Shown here piece by piece: positions 13,573 to 22,497 of a stretch of 64,000 nucleotides of DNA (within the stretch, counting starts at the first letter, position 1; every line of letters starts with the position of its first letter). The notes beneath the pieces were generated by a model that worked only from the letters and a program-made list of their open reading frames with translations, made no database searches and was not told the origin of the DNA. The position numbers and the translations under genes were made by a program. This DNA is from a bacterium (GTDB lineage Bacteria; Fidelibacterota; Marinisomatia; Marinisomatales; JAHJCW01), in contig JANQGY010000005.1 of NCBI GenBank assembly GCA_028282845.1, positions 69,797 to 133,796 on the forward strand. The letters are read 5' to 3'.

Positions 13573-14923
13573 ATTTTCCGACACAGAATTGATTAAAAAT
13601 ATTGTTTAGAATGTCATCGGGAGTTGTTTTGCCCAATATAGCGCCAATACTATTTAAAGCTTCTCGGATTTCGATGGAAATCAATTCATAGGTAATTTCC
13701 GGCTCCGCCAGTAGCGCAATTACCGCTTCAATATTCTTTTGACAGCTCTTTAGCGCAATAAATTGCCGAGCGGTTGTTATGGAAAGCACGTCGGTTAACT
13801 TATTGCTTATTCCAAGCGATTTTTTGATTTGAGCTTTCAAATCATCGAGACCCTTGCCGGTTTTGGCTGAAACCAATAAACTATTTTCCGACACATTCTT
13901 GTGTAAGGAATTAGCGCTTTCCAAAAGATCAGACTTATTGATGATTTGAATAAATGGAGTATTGTCAGGCAATGGAACATCGTTTTCCGTTGGCTCAAAA
14001 ATGTTGTTGACGAGGATAACGAGATCAGCCTTGTTAATGAAATCAACCGAGCGCCGAACGCCCTCAGCTTCAAGCCCTTCAGCAGAATTGCTTATTCCGG
14101 CCGTGTCAACTAAGTTGATCGGCACACCGTTAATGAGTAGCGGAACATCAATTGTATCGCGGGTTGTGCCCGGCAGAGCACTGGTGATTGCTCGATCGGA
14201 TTCAGATAGTGAATTTAGCAAAGTTGACTTTCCGACATTAGGTTTGCCGGCTAAAACAACAAGCGCTCCCCTGTTTAACATCCGGGCCTGTCTGTGTGAG
14301 CCTAATAAATTATCTATTTTACTTTTGAGAACTGCCATTGCTTCCGAAAGTTCTTCAACCAGTTTAGGTTGTAATTCCTCTTCAGAGATGTCTATTTCAA
14401 ATTCAACGGAAGAGACAGCCCCAATTAACTGTTCTTGGATATCATAAAAATTTTTTGATAACTCTCCGCTCAATAAACGAAGATTAAGCAAATTGCCTTC
14501 TTCAGATTTAGAATGAATTAACGCAGCGACCGATTCGGCCTGGATCAGGTCCATTTTGCCATTGATGAAAGCACGGCGGGTAAACTCTCCGGGCTCAGCC
14601 AGGCGCGCGCCAAACTCAATACAGGCCGATACTATTTGATCTACAATAAGCGGATTTCCATGACAGGATATTTCAATGACGTCCTCGCCCGTATAAGATT
14701 GAGGGCCTTTAAAAAAAGTACATACCACTTCGTCAAGACGATTCTGGTTTTTATCATAAATATTAAAAAAGTTAGCTTTTTGATGAACAATTTTATCCTT
14801 TAAACTATTGTTATTTAAAAGCTTACCACCAATGCAGAGAGACGCTGAACCACTCAGGCGGACGATCGCAATCCCGCCGATGCCATAGGGCGTTGCCGGA
14901 GCAACAATGGTATCAAGGGTCAT
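13571..14923 (-). CDS. mnmE: tRNA modification GTPase MnmE (TrmE)
   Basis: 450 aa. G1 GKPNVGKSTLLN, G3 DTAG, NKSD, C-terminal FCVGK motif. Confidence 0.95.
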   Translation of the reverse strand: MTLDTIVAPATPYGIGGIAIVRLSGSASLCIGGKLLNNNSLKDKIVHQKANFFNIYDKNQNRLDEVVCTFFKGPQSYTGEDVIEISCHGNPLIVDQIVSACIEFGARLAEPGEFTRRAFINGKMDLIQAESVAALIHSKSEEGNLLNLRLLSGELSKNFYDIQEQLIGAVSSVEFEIDISEEELQPKLVEELSEAMAVLKSKIDNLLGSHRQARMLNRGALVVLAGKPNVGKSTLLNSLSESDRAITSALPGTTRDTIDVPLLINGVPINLVDTAGISNSAEGLEAEGVRRSVDFINKADLVILVNNIFEPTENDVPLPDNTPFIQIINKSDLLESANSLHKNVSENSLLVSAKTGKGLDDLKAQIKKSLGISNKLTDVLSITTARQFIALKSCQKNIEAVIALLAEPEITYELISIEIREALNSIGAILGKTTPDDILNNIFNQFCVGK

Positions 14924-16605
14924 TTTTTCTTATTTTTTACAGCAGGGGGCTTAGTCGTTTGTTGGGGTGTTAAATATTTCTGCTGCAGGATAGTAAGAAT
15001 GTTAAACAAAGTATAATATAGATTTAGTCCGGAAGGAAGACGGTAAAAGATGAACACGAAAAAGATATTCATTATATACATCATTGATTTTTGCTGACCC
15101 ATTGTAGCTGTCGTCGGGGTTAATTTTTGCTGAACAAACATGGAAGCGGCCATGACTAGGGGCAATATGTTGACCGGAAAACCGCCAATTTCAAATAAGG
15201 TGTCAGGTGCGGATAGGTCAGTGATCCACAGAACAAAGGGTGCTCCGCGCAATTCAATTGTAGACCTGAAGACCTGAAACAATGCAAACAGTAGCGGCAT
15301 TTGGATAAGTAGTGGCAAGCACCCCCCCATCGGATTTACGCCTTCGTCCTTATAAAGCTTCATTGTTGCCTGATTAAGCTTCTGTGGGTCTTTAGCATAT
15401 TTTTCTTTTAACGCTTGTAGTTTTGGTTGTAGCGTGCTCATGGCGCGCATTGACTGGTGGCTTTTTCGGGTGAGCGGGTAAACAAGTATCTTTACAAGAA
15501 TGGAAAAAATAATCAAGACCACGCCATAATTCGGTATGTATTTATGCATGGCAACTAATGCCGCGAGCACTCCGCGACTGATTGGACGAATTACCGACCA
15601 CCCCATTGACATGGACTGCTCAAGCCCTACGCCAAGGGCGGAAACCTGTCCGTATTCGAGAGGACCCAAGTAGAGCGAAAATGAATTACTGGAATTAACC
15701 TGCTGTGTTACAGCGATGTCGAATTGCGGAACCTCGGTGTCATAAGAGCCTTTAAGCTCAGCGCCGACGGCAGCCTCTACAGGGATCAAAGCTGAAATAA
15801 AATATTTATTCCTGGTTGCCGTCCAGTTGGTACGACCACGATAGTTTTCTGACAGAGTGTTTCCGGCTCGCAGTTTTTCAGAACTCAGCTCATCGCCTTG
15901 GTAAACAAAGGCTTTATAATAAAATAATTCATCTTTTAAATTCTTCTCGGTTGATGGCAAGCCGCCATTCCATGAAAGGGAATAAACGCCCTGCGAAATA
16001 ATCTCCCGCACGTTAGACAAATCAAAGGAGACGGCTATTTCATAGGAATTAGGACTAAATGATAGTGTTTTATAAACAGTTTGTCCGTCAATAACATTTC
16101 TAAATGTCAGTGTTTCAGTTGCGGAGCCAACCTGTAATTCACTTGATCCGCCATCAAATTCCCAATAATTATTTAGAATAAGCGGAACCCCCTCAACGGA
16201 CATGGCTGCAAACAACAAATTGTTTTTATTAAAGTTATCCACAAGCTGTACAGAAGTAGTATCGGTAGCTTTATATTTTTTCAATATAAAGGAAACAATT
16301 GATCCACCATTTTTGTTGCTGATCAATGCGGAGTATAAATCTGTTTCAACTGCGATTAGCCTTTCTTTGTCCTCGCTCAAAACGGCGCGGTCCAAAGCCG
16401 ACCTTTCGGTGGAAATCTGATTGTCGGCGGTTTCTTCGGGCAAGCTGCGCTGTGTTATCCTTTCTTGGGAAAGCGGCGGCATAACGGCCGTTGAATCGGC
16501 TGTGCCGATATCTTCAGTCGGAGGCGCCACTATATTCATGTAATAGGGCATTAATATCAAAACGACGGCAATGAGTAAAAAGGCTAAAAGTGTTTTTCGG
16601 TCCAT
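14920..16605 (-). CDS. yidC: Membrane protein insertase YidC (long form with a large periplasmic P1 domain)
   Basis: 561 aa. N-terminal TM segment, large beta-rich domain, then the conserved core KLQPKLQALKEKY...MKLYKDEGVNPMGGCLPLLIQMP. Confidence 0.95.
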   Translation of the reverse strand: MDRKTLLAFLLIAVVLILMPYYMNIVAPPTEDIGTADSTAVMPPLSQERITQRSLPEETADNQISTERSALDRAVLSEDKERLIAVETDLYSALISNKNGGSIVSFILKKYKATDTTSVQLVDNFNKNNLLFAAMSVEGVPLILNNYWEFDGGSSELQVGSATETLTFRNVIDGQTVYKTLSFSPNSYEIAVSFDLSNVREIISQGVYSLSWNGGLPSTEKNLKDELFYYKAFVYQGDELSSEKLRAGNTLSENYRGRTNWTATRNKYFISALIPVEAAVGAELKGSYDTEVPQFDIAVTQQVNSSNSFSLYLGPLEYGQVSALGVGLEQSMSMGWSVIRPISRGVLAALVAMHKYIPNYGVVLIIFSILVKILVYPLTRKSHQSMRAMSTLQPKLQALKEKYAKDPQKLNQATMKLYKDEGVNPMGGCLPLLIQMPLLFALFQVFRSTIELRGAPFVLWITDLSAPDTLFEIGGFPVNILPLVMAASMFVQQKLTPTTATMGQQKSMMYIMNIFFVFIFYRLPSGLNLYYTLFNILTILQQKYLTPQQTTKPPAVKNKKK

Positions 16606-16848
16606 TTATTTTACCGGATCGTATCCGCCGCTGTGCAAGGGGTGACATTTAGCCATGCGGATTATTATCAGCGACAGGGCTTTAAAAAAAGATTTTTTGT
16701 CGAGAGCTTCGATCGCATATTGCGAACAAGTTGGGTGAAAACGACAGTTATTACCAAGCAAGGGCGAAAGGGTTAGCTGATAAAGCCTGATTAATAAACT
16801 AAACGCTTTTCTGATTAAGCGATCAATATAATTTAATGGATTATACAT
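16606..16848 (-). CDS. yidD: Membrane protein insertion efficiency factor YidD
   Basis: 80 aa. Conserved C.F.PTCSQYA and HP.....GGYDPV motifs. Abuts the yidC start. Confidence 0.85.
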   Translation of the reverse strand: MYNPLNYIDRLIRKAFSLLIRLYQLTLSPLLGNNCRFHPTCSQYAIEALDKKSFFKALSLIIIRMAKCHPLHSGGYDPVK

Positions 16849-16854
16849 TGGCGA

Positions 16855-16989
16855 TTAGGCCGAAAGTTTTTTTCTACCCTTTTTACGCCTTCTTTTTAGC
16901 ACATTTTTTCCACCAACGCTTGACATGCGTTCACGGAAACCGTGTTTATTTTTGCGCTTTCTTCTGCTCGGCTGATACGTTCTTTTCAT
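16855..16989 (-). CDS. rpmH: 50S ribosomal protein L34
   Basis: [44 protein letters not shown] (44 aa) starting at the ATG at 16989. The 25-aa N-terminal extension in the track ORF is not credible. Confidence 0.9.
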   Translation of the reverse strand: MKRTYQPSRRKRKNKHGFRERMSSVGGKNVLKRRRKKGRKKLSA

Positions 16990-17094
16990 TTTGGCTCCGA
17001 ATTTAGACCCGGAAAATACGTTTTTTAAGAGGAAAATCAAAAAGAAATAGCAAGCTGCCGCCAATTTAGAAAAACCTAAAGTTTTGCAAATCGG

Positions 17095-17191
17095 AGAAAA
17101 AATATTAATTATTAGATATTTTAACTTTGTTTTATATCAAATTAGATAATTAATTTTTATTAGACCAAGCCAGTGGATAACTTGTGGACAA
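17095..17191. promoter_or_regulatory. AT-rich tract plus two DnaA boxes in the rpmH|dnaA divergent gap (dnaA autoregulatory operator and/or second origin module)
   Basis: aGTGGATAA at 17172-17180 and TGTGGAcAA at 17183-17191. The second box contains the dnaA GTG start. About 70 nt of very AT-rich DNA lies at 17095-17165. Confidence 0.5.
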
Positions 17192-18548
17192 ATCAACAAT
17201 AAACCATGAAAATCTTTGGAGTTCGGTAAAGGAAATTCTTGCCGTCGAACTGCCTGAACATGCCTATAATACTTGGCTTGAGCCGATAGCTCCAATTGCC
17301 TTAAACGATAAAGAGCTTGTGCTTGAAGTGCCTAACCAATTCTTTTTTGAGTGGATAGAAAGCCATTATCATCAAATTATTGAATCCAAGGTTAGGGAGG
17401 GCATTAAGGAGGACTATTCGGTAAAATACACAATAGCCCCTGCGGATAATGTACCGTCACCCAAAGAAGAAATAGTCTCGAAGGATACTGCACCGCAGAC
17501 ACGTCGGTTCCGGCAACCGCTTTTGAATGAGAACTATACTTTTTCGACTTATATAGAAGGCACCAACAATCAGTTTGCCAAAGCAGCCGCGCTCTCAGTG
17601 GCCGAATCGCCCGGCGAGCAAGCATTTAATCCGCTGACTGTGTATGGCGGCGTCGGTTTGGGAAAAACGCACTTACTACACGCGATAGGAAATCACCTGC
17701 TCGCACAAAAGGAAAATGTAAATATTGTCTGCGCTTCAAGCGAAAAGTTTATGTTGGATTTTATTTCCGGCATTCAGAAGTCGCGCACCAACGATTTTTC
17801 AAGATTTTACCGCCAAGCCGATATTCTTCTGATTGACGATATTCAATTTTTTCAAGGCAAGGAACAGACACAGGAACAATTCTTTCATACCTTTAATGAT
17901 CTTTATCTTCATGGCAAACAAATCGTGTTGACCTCAGATCAATACCCCGGGGATATGAAAGGCTTGGACGAGCGCCTGTTGTCGCGCTTTCATTCTGGAT
18001 TAGCCGTTGATATTCAACCGCCGGATTTTGAAACCCGCGTTGCAATACTATTGGAGAAAGCAGAGCAAAACGGACTGGCGCTTCAGTATTCCCTAATAGA
18101 ATTTATGGCTACCCACATTAAAAGTAATATCCGCGAACTGGAAAGCACGATCATTAGAATATTGGCTTATTCTTCACTGTCAAATAAAGAGATTGATGAG
18201 AATTTAGTAAAGCGGATTGTAAAGGAAAGATTGGGTAAAAGATATCTAGCCAAGATTTCAATTGAAGATGTGGTCAGACATGTTTCAGAAGTTACCACGG
18301 TTTCAGAAATGGAAATAGTAGGATCCAGTCGCAAAAAAGAGTTGGTCGAGGCAAGGCAAATAGCGGCCTATTTGGCACGAGAGGTATTGGGAAAATCACT
18401 GTCCAACATAGGGCTTTATTTGGGCGGTCGGGACCACACGACAATATTACACGCCTGTAATAATATTGAAGAAAGAATTAAATCGGATTTGCGGGTTAAG
18501 CAAATTGTCAGCTCTATTAAAAAGGAGCTATCTGCTGCTACAATTTAA
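17184..18548 (+). CDS. dnaA: Chromosomal replication initiator DnaA
   Basis: 454 aa. Walker A GGVGLGKTHLLHA, Walker B LLIDDIQF, box VII/VIII, C-terminal DNA-binding HTH (GGRDHTTILHA). GTG start. Confidence 0.95.
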   Translation: MDKSTINHENLWSSVKEILAVELPEHAYNTWLEPIAPIALNDKELVLEVPNQFFFEWIESHYHQIIESKVREGIKEDYSVKYTIAPADNVPSPKEEIVSKDTAPQTRRFRQPLLNENYTFSTYIEGTNNQFAKAAALSVAESPGEQAFNPLTVYGGVGLGKTHLLHAIGNHLLAQKENVNIVCASSEKFMLDFISGIQKSRTNDFSRFYRQADILLIDDIQFFQGKEQTQEQFFHTFNDLYLHGKQIVLTSDQYPGDMKGLDERLLSRFHSGLAVDIQPPDFETRVAILLEKAEQNGLALQYSLIEFMATHIKSNIRELESTIIRILAYSSLSNKEIDENLVKRIVKERLGKRYLAKISIEDVVRHVSEVTTVSEMEIVGSSRKKELVEARQIAAYLAREVLGKSLSNIGLYLGGRDHTTILHACNNIEERIKSDLRVKQIVSSIKKELSAATI

Positions 18549-18615
18549 TTGAAAACAACTCGTATTTTAATTAAGTTATCTTCATAAATAAACAAATTAT
18601 TGATAAGGAGCAATT

Positions 18616-19017
18616 ATGCAGAAAGGAAGTTTAAACAAGGTATTGTTAATTGGACATTTAGGCTCTGATCCTGAAAGCAGATTTACCACCTCAGGGAGCG
18701 CTGTAACCAATTTCAATCTGGCAACAAATGAATCGTGGCAATCAGCCGATGGTGAAACCAAGGACAAAACCGAATGGCATCGAATTGTACTATTCGGAAA
18801 AATGGCTGAGACGGCTGCAGAGTATATGAAAAAGGGACAATTAGTGTATATTGAGGGTCGCTTGCAAACGAGGTCTTGGGAGGACAAAGATAAAGTTAAG
18901 CGCTATACTACGGAAGTATTGTGTGATAATTTCACGATGCTTGGCCCTAAGCGCGACAGCAAAGACTCCGGGCAGCCTGAAGCCGAAACTTCAGGCGACG
19001 ATGACCTGCCGTTTTAG
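18616..19017 (+). CDS. ssb: Single-stranded DNA-binding protein
   Basis: 133 aa. OB-fold start LNKVLLIGHLGSDPE, TEWHRIVLFG, acidic tail ending DDDLPF. AAGGAG Shine-Dalgarno upstream. Confidence 0.95.
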   Translation: MQKGSLNKVLLIGHLGSDPESRFTTSGSAVTNFNLATNESWQSADGETKDKTEWHRIVLFGKMAETAAEYMKKGQLVYIEGRLQTRSWEDKDKVKRYTTEVLCDNFTMLGPKRDSKDSGQPEAETSGDDDLPF

Positions 19018-19063
19018 AAAACGAATAATATCCAAAAATTAAAACGGTTTTGCCATAATCGTT

Positions 19064-19774
19064 ATGGGCAAACAAAATTTAGACCGCTATAAGGTCAGAC
19101 CGAAGCCCATTAGATATCTTTTGGGATATTTAGTGCTAATTTTGGGCACCATGCTTGCCCGCATTAACATAAAAGGAGCCGAAAACATTCCCAAGAACGG
19201 ACCTTTTGTGGTGGTTTGTAATCATTTTAACCGGCTTGATCCGCCTTTTGTGATATTTGCTATTAAAAAACCAATAAACTTTTTGATGGCTAGTGATCAA
19301 ACGGTTGAAGCTGAAATAATGTGGGCACCCTGGCTTTATGGTTTTATTCCTACCAACCGGCAAAAGATTGCACCATCCACAATAAAAGAAGCTGTGAAAG
19401 CCCTAAAAAAGGGTGAGATTGTCGGTATTTTTCCGGAAGGTGTTGCGACTGAAGCATATTTACGCCAGGCCAAAAAGGGAGCCGCATATCTTGCCATGAT
19501 TGCCGATGTACCAATTTTACCAATGAGTTTAATCGGCATGGATAATATTTGGAATAAATGGTTCAAGGGAATAAAACCCCGTTTAAGAATACGGATAGGC
19601 AGGCCCTTTGTTTTGGGAACACTTCCGAAGGATAAAGAGCAAAAGAACACAGCGCTTGTTGCCGCCAGTGAAAAAATTATGCTAAGTATTGGAAAACTTC
19701 TTCCGGCAGCCTATCATGGAGAATTTGTTGGCGACAAACGGTTGGCGCGAGCTGGAAATTGCCATGAAAGTTGA
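19064..19774 (+). CDS. plsC: 1-acyl-sn-glycerol-3-phosphate acyltransferase family (LPLAT)
   Basis: 236 aa. HX4D motif NHFNRLD and FPEG motif, N-terminal TM segment. Confidence 0.75.
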   Translation: MGKQNLDRYKVRPKPIRYLLGYLVLILGTMLARINIKGAENIPKNGPFVVVCNHFNRLDPPFVIFAIKKPINFLMASDQTVEAEIMWAPWLYGFIPTNRQKIAPSTIKEAVKALKKGEIVGIFPEGVATEAYLRQAKKGAAYLAMIADVPILPMSLIGMDNIWNKWFKGIKPRLRIRIGRPFVLGTLPKDKEQKNTALVAASEKIMLSIGKLLPAAYHGEFVGDKRLARAGNCHES

Positions 19775-19785
19775 GTACTAATTTG

Positions 19786-20667
19786 TCATTCCGGAAGATT
19801 TTTAGGCGAATGCGAGATTAAAAAATAAATTCCTACTAAAATAAACAGTCCGCCAAACATTGTTGCGAAAGTAATTGTTTCTGAGAACAATGCCCAAGCC
19901 AAAAGCGATGCAATGATCGGCTCACCGATCGGAACCGAAGATATAATGGTGGGCGATGTGAACTTTATAGAATAATAAAATAGACTATGTCCTAAAATTG
20001 TAGGTACAAGACCTAAAAGCAGTAGCCATTTGAATTCCCTAAAAGAAAAATGAAAAACGGTGTTATTTGTAATAAGGCAAATAATCAACAAGAAAAAAGC
20101 GGCATACGAGTACAACAGCCTTGTATAGGAAACGGTGTTGGCTTTCTCTCTTAGATTGCTTGCAAATATATATACCAGAGCAATGAACATGGCGGCTAAC
20201 AGGCCGAGCATTTTTCCTGTAAGCGAATTATCTTGAACCAGCAAACCGGAGCCGGCAATAATTAAACTTCCTGTTCCGGCTAAAACGAAGCCGATGAAAA
20301 TTATCGGATTAAGCTTCCTTTTTAAGAAAAATTTTTCATAAAGGATCGTAAACATCGGTGCTGTAATCCCCAACAAAGTTGCATTTGCAATACTGGTAAG
20401 CTTAACAGCACCGTAAAACGAAGAAAAATGCAGAGCTAAGAATATTCCTGACAATAGGTAATATTTGTATCGCCAGTGATCAATCTGCTTTTGTCGCCGG
20501 AAAAATGTATATATCCAGATTAAAACACTTGCAATTGCCATTCGCCAAAAAGCAATGACAACGGCCGAAAGTTCCGGCACAAACCGTGCAAATATTGATG
20601 AGGTGCTGACAGCTAAGAGCGCAATAAAAAGTATCAGGTTAATTCTTAGGCGTGTTTTATGCAACAA
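19786..20667 (-). CDS. EamA/DMT-family transporter
   Basis: 293 aa, about 10 predicted TM helices with the duplicated EamA-like pattern. TTG start; no in-frame ATG nearby. Confidence 0.75.
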   Translation of the reverse strand: MLHKTRLRINLILFIALLAVSTSSIFARFVPELSAVVIAFWRMAIASVLIWIYTFFRRQKQIDHWRYKYYLLSGIFLALHFSSFYGAVKLTSIANATLLGITAPMFTILYEKFFLKRKLNPIIFIGFVLAGTGSLIIAGSGLLVQDNSLTGKMLGLLAAMFIALVYIFASNLREKANTVSYTRLLYSYAAFFLLIICLITNNTVFHFSFREFKWLLLLGLVPTILGHSLFYYSIKFTSPTIISSVPIGEPIIASLLAWALFSETITFATMFGGLFILVGIYFLISHSPKNLPE

Positions 20668-20683
20668 TCAATCAAGGCTCAAA

Positions 20684-22483
20684 TTACAGCTCTAATGTTA
20701 AAAGAATGCTTTTATCGCCACGCAGGACAGCAACAGAAACCACTTGCCCCTTTTTGAGTTCGCCGAGACGATACATATAATCGTAAATACTGGTTACATC
20801 CTTTCCTTCAATTGCAGTAATAATATCGCCCTTTTGCATACCGGCGGAATCGGCTGGACCGCCTTTCCGAACTCCGTCAACTTCCATTCCTTTGGCTTGG
20901 CTTCCATAAGCCGGGATTATACCGAAAGTAACTTTAAATCTCCTGCTTGGCGTTGGCGCTTCTTTTGGTCCGGCTTCGGTGAAAGGAGGTTTTTCCGGCA
21001 ACTGGCTGAGATACAAAGCAACGTCATAAACAAAGTCAGATATTAATTTTTCTCCTTCCAGATTAATAATTTGAAAATCATCGGACGGCTTATGATAATC
21101 ATCGTGCGTTCCGGTGAAAAAGAACAACACCGGGATATTGTTGGAATAAAAAGTTGCGTGGTCGCTTGGACCGTAACCCTCGGGGCTTAGTTTTAGACCG
21201 GTGTTATATTTACCATTTAAATCATTAAGCAATTCTTCAAAAATTGGCGAAGTGCCGGTTCCGCCGACTGTTAACATACTATCAGTCAGGTGGCCAACCA
21301 TATCCATATTAAGCATTGCTACGATATTTTCGCTTTTAAGCGTTGGGTTATTAATAAAATATTTTGAACCGAGCAAACCGCGTTCTTCAGCATCAAAATT
21401 TATCAAAAGAATGCTGCGCTTTAGGCTACTCTCTATGGCAGCAAGTTTTTCTCCGATCTCCATTACGCTGGCTGTGCCGGAGGCATTGTCATCGGCGCCG
21501 TTATGGATTGCAAGTGTATCAGGCGTCCGCGACCCGGAGCCGGGGCCGCCCATCCCCAAATGATCGTAATGTCCACCGATGACCACATATTCATTTTTCA
21601 GGTTTGGATCATTTCCCGGAATAAAGGCAACAATGTTAGCGGCGCTTGACATGGTTTTTTCCAGTTCAACGGCAGCTGTGATTGTAACTTCCGGCAAATC
21701 AAAAGAATTGGGGCTGAGGCTCGATTTTAATTTATCTTTAGCGGTTTCAAAATCTTGTTTTGAATTTTTGAAAAGATTTTTAGCAGTATTTTGGCTGATA
21801 TGTAAAACCGGGATTCCTACGCCGGAAAAACTGTTGTCATAACGCAATTTTAGCAGATCAGTGTCGCTACTATCCTGATTAACAAATAACACACCGGAAG
21901 CATTGTTGTCTTTGGCTATTAATACTTTTTTCCTGAGCGGTAAGTGTGAATTATATATTGAATGTGGATTGTCATCTTCCGGGCCGCTGCGCAAAATTAC
22001 GACCCATTTCCCCTCAACGTTGATATCGGAATAATCATGCCATTTTACGGAATCATCAATGGCAAAACCATAGCCGACAAAAACAGCTTTGGCGGATAGG
22101 CTATCGTTTGCAGAAAACCCCAAAGGGATATAATCTTGGGATGCTTCGTAGGAAACATTATCAATTTTCAAGTGGTTGTCGGATCCTAGAACCACATTGC
22201 TCACAAAATCAAAATGCTGCAAATAACCATTTTCGCCCAAAGGCGCAATGTTTGCATTTTCGTATTGTTTGATAATGTAGTCTTGGGCGAGTTTTGATTC
22301 CGGTGTTCCGGGAAAACGACCGCCGAGTTCGTCAGAAGCCAAATATTTTATGTGCTCTGACAGCTCTTTTATTGTGATTTCCGCATTTTGTTGATAGTCA
22401 TGGTTAAACGACTTTGCCGGGTTAAATTGGGAAACACATCCGGCAAATAAGAAAGCAGTGATTAATGATACGTAAATTTTCAT
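20684..22483 (-). CDS. M28-family aminopeptidase lipoprotein with a PA insert and a C-terminal PDZ domain
   Basis: Lipobox LFAGC. M28 zinc-ligand context GGHYDHLG...GADDNASG...FDAEERGLLGS...DDYHKPSD. C-terminal PDZ-like GMEVDGVRKGGPADSAGMQKGDIITAIEG. ATG at 22483 (MKIYVSL...) is preferred over the TTG at 22501. Confidence 0.8.
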   Translation of the reverse strand: MKIYVSLITAFLFAGCVSQFNPAKSFNHDYQQNAEITIKELSEHIKYLASDELGGRFPGTPESKLAQDYIIKQYENANIAPLGENGYLQHFDFVSNVVLGSDNHLKIDNVSYEASQDYIPLGFSANDSLSAKAVFVGYGFAIDDSVKWHDYSDINVEGKWVVILRSGPEDDNPHSIYNSHLPLRKKVLIAKDNNASGVLFVNQDSSDTDLLKLRYDNSFSGVGIPVLHISQNTAKNLFKNSKQDFETAKDKLKSSLSPNSFDLPEVTITAAVELEKTMSSAANIVAFIPGNDPNLKNEYVVIGGHYDHLGMGGPGSGSRTPDTLAIHNGADDNASGTASVMEIGEKLAAIESSLKRSILLINFDAEERGLLGSKYFINNPTLKSENIVAMLNMDMVGHLTDSMLTVGGTGTSPIFEELLNDLNGKYNTGLKLSPEGYGPSDHATFYSNNIPVLFFFTGTHDDYHKPSDDFQIINLEGEKLISDFVYDVALYLSQLPEKPPFTEAGPKEAPTPSRRFKVTFGIIPAYGSQAKGMEVDGVRKGGPADSAGMQKGDIITAIEGKDVTSIYDYMYRLGELKKGQVVSVAVLRGDKSILLTLEL

Positions 22484-22497
22484 CTTTGATAAGTCCT

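Noticed and set aside
16990-17064. N-terminal extension of the rpmH ORF in the track ([25 protein letters not shown]...).
   Set aside because: L34 is a ~44-aa protein starting MKRTYQPS. The extension runs into the AT-rich promoter/origin-like gap.
18597-18887. 96-aa minus-strand ORF opposite ssb, and 63-aa ORF 18851-19042.
   Set aside because: They overlap the strongly supported ssb CDS and have no independent signals.
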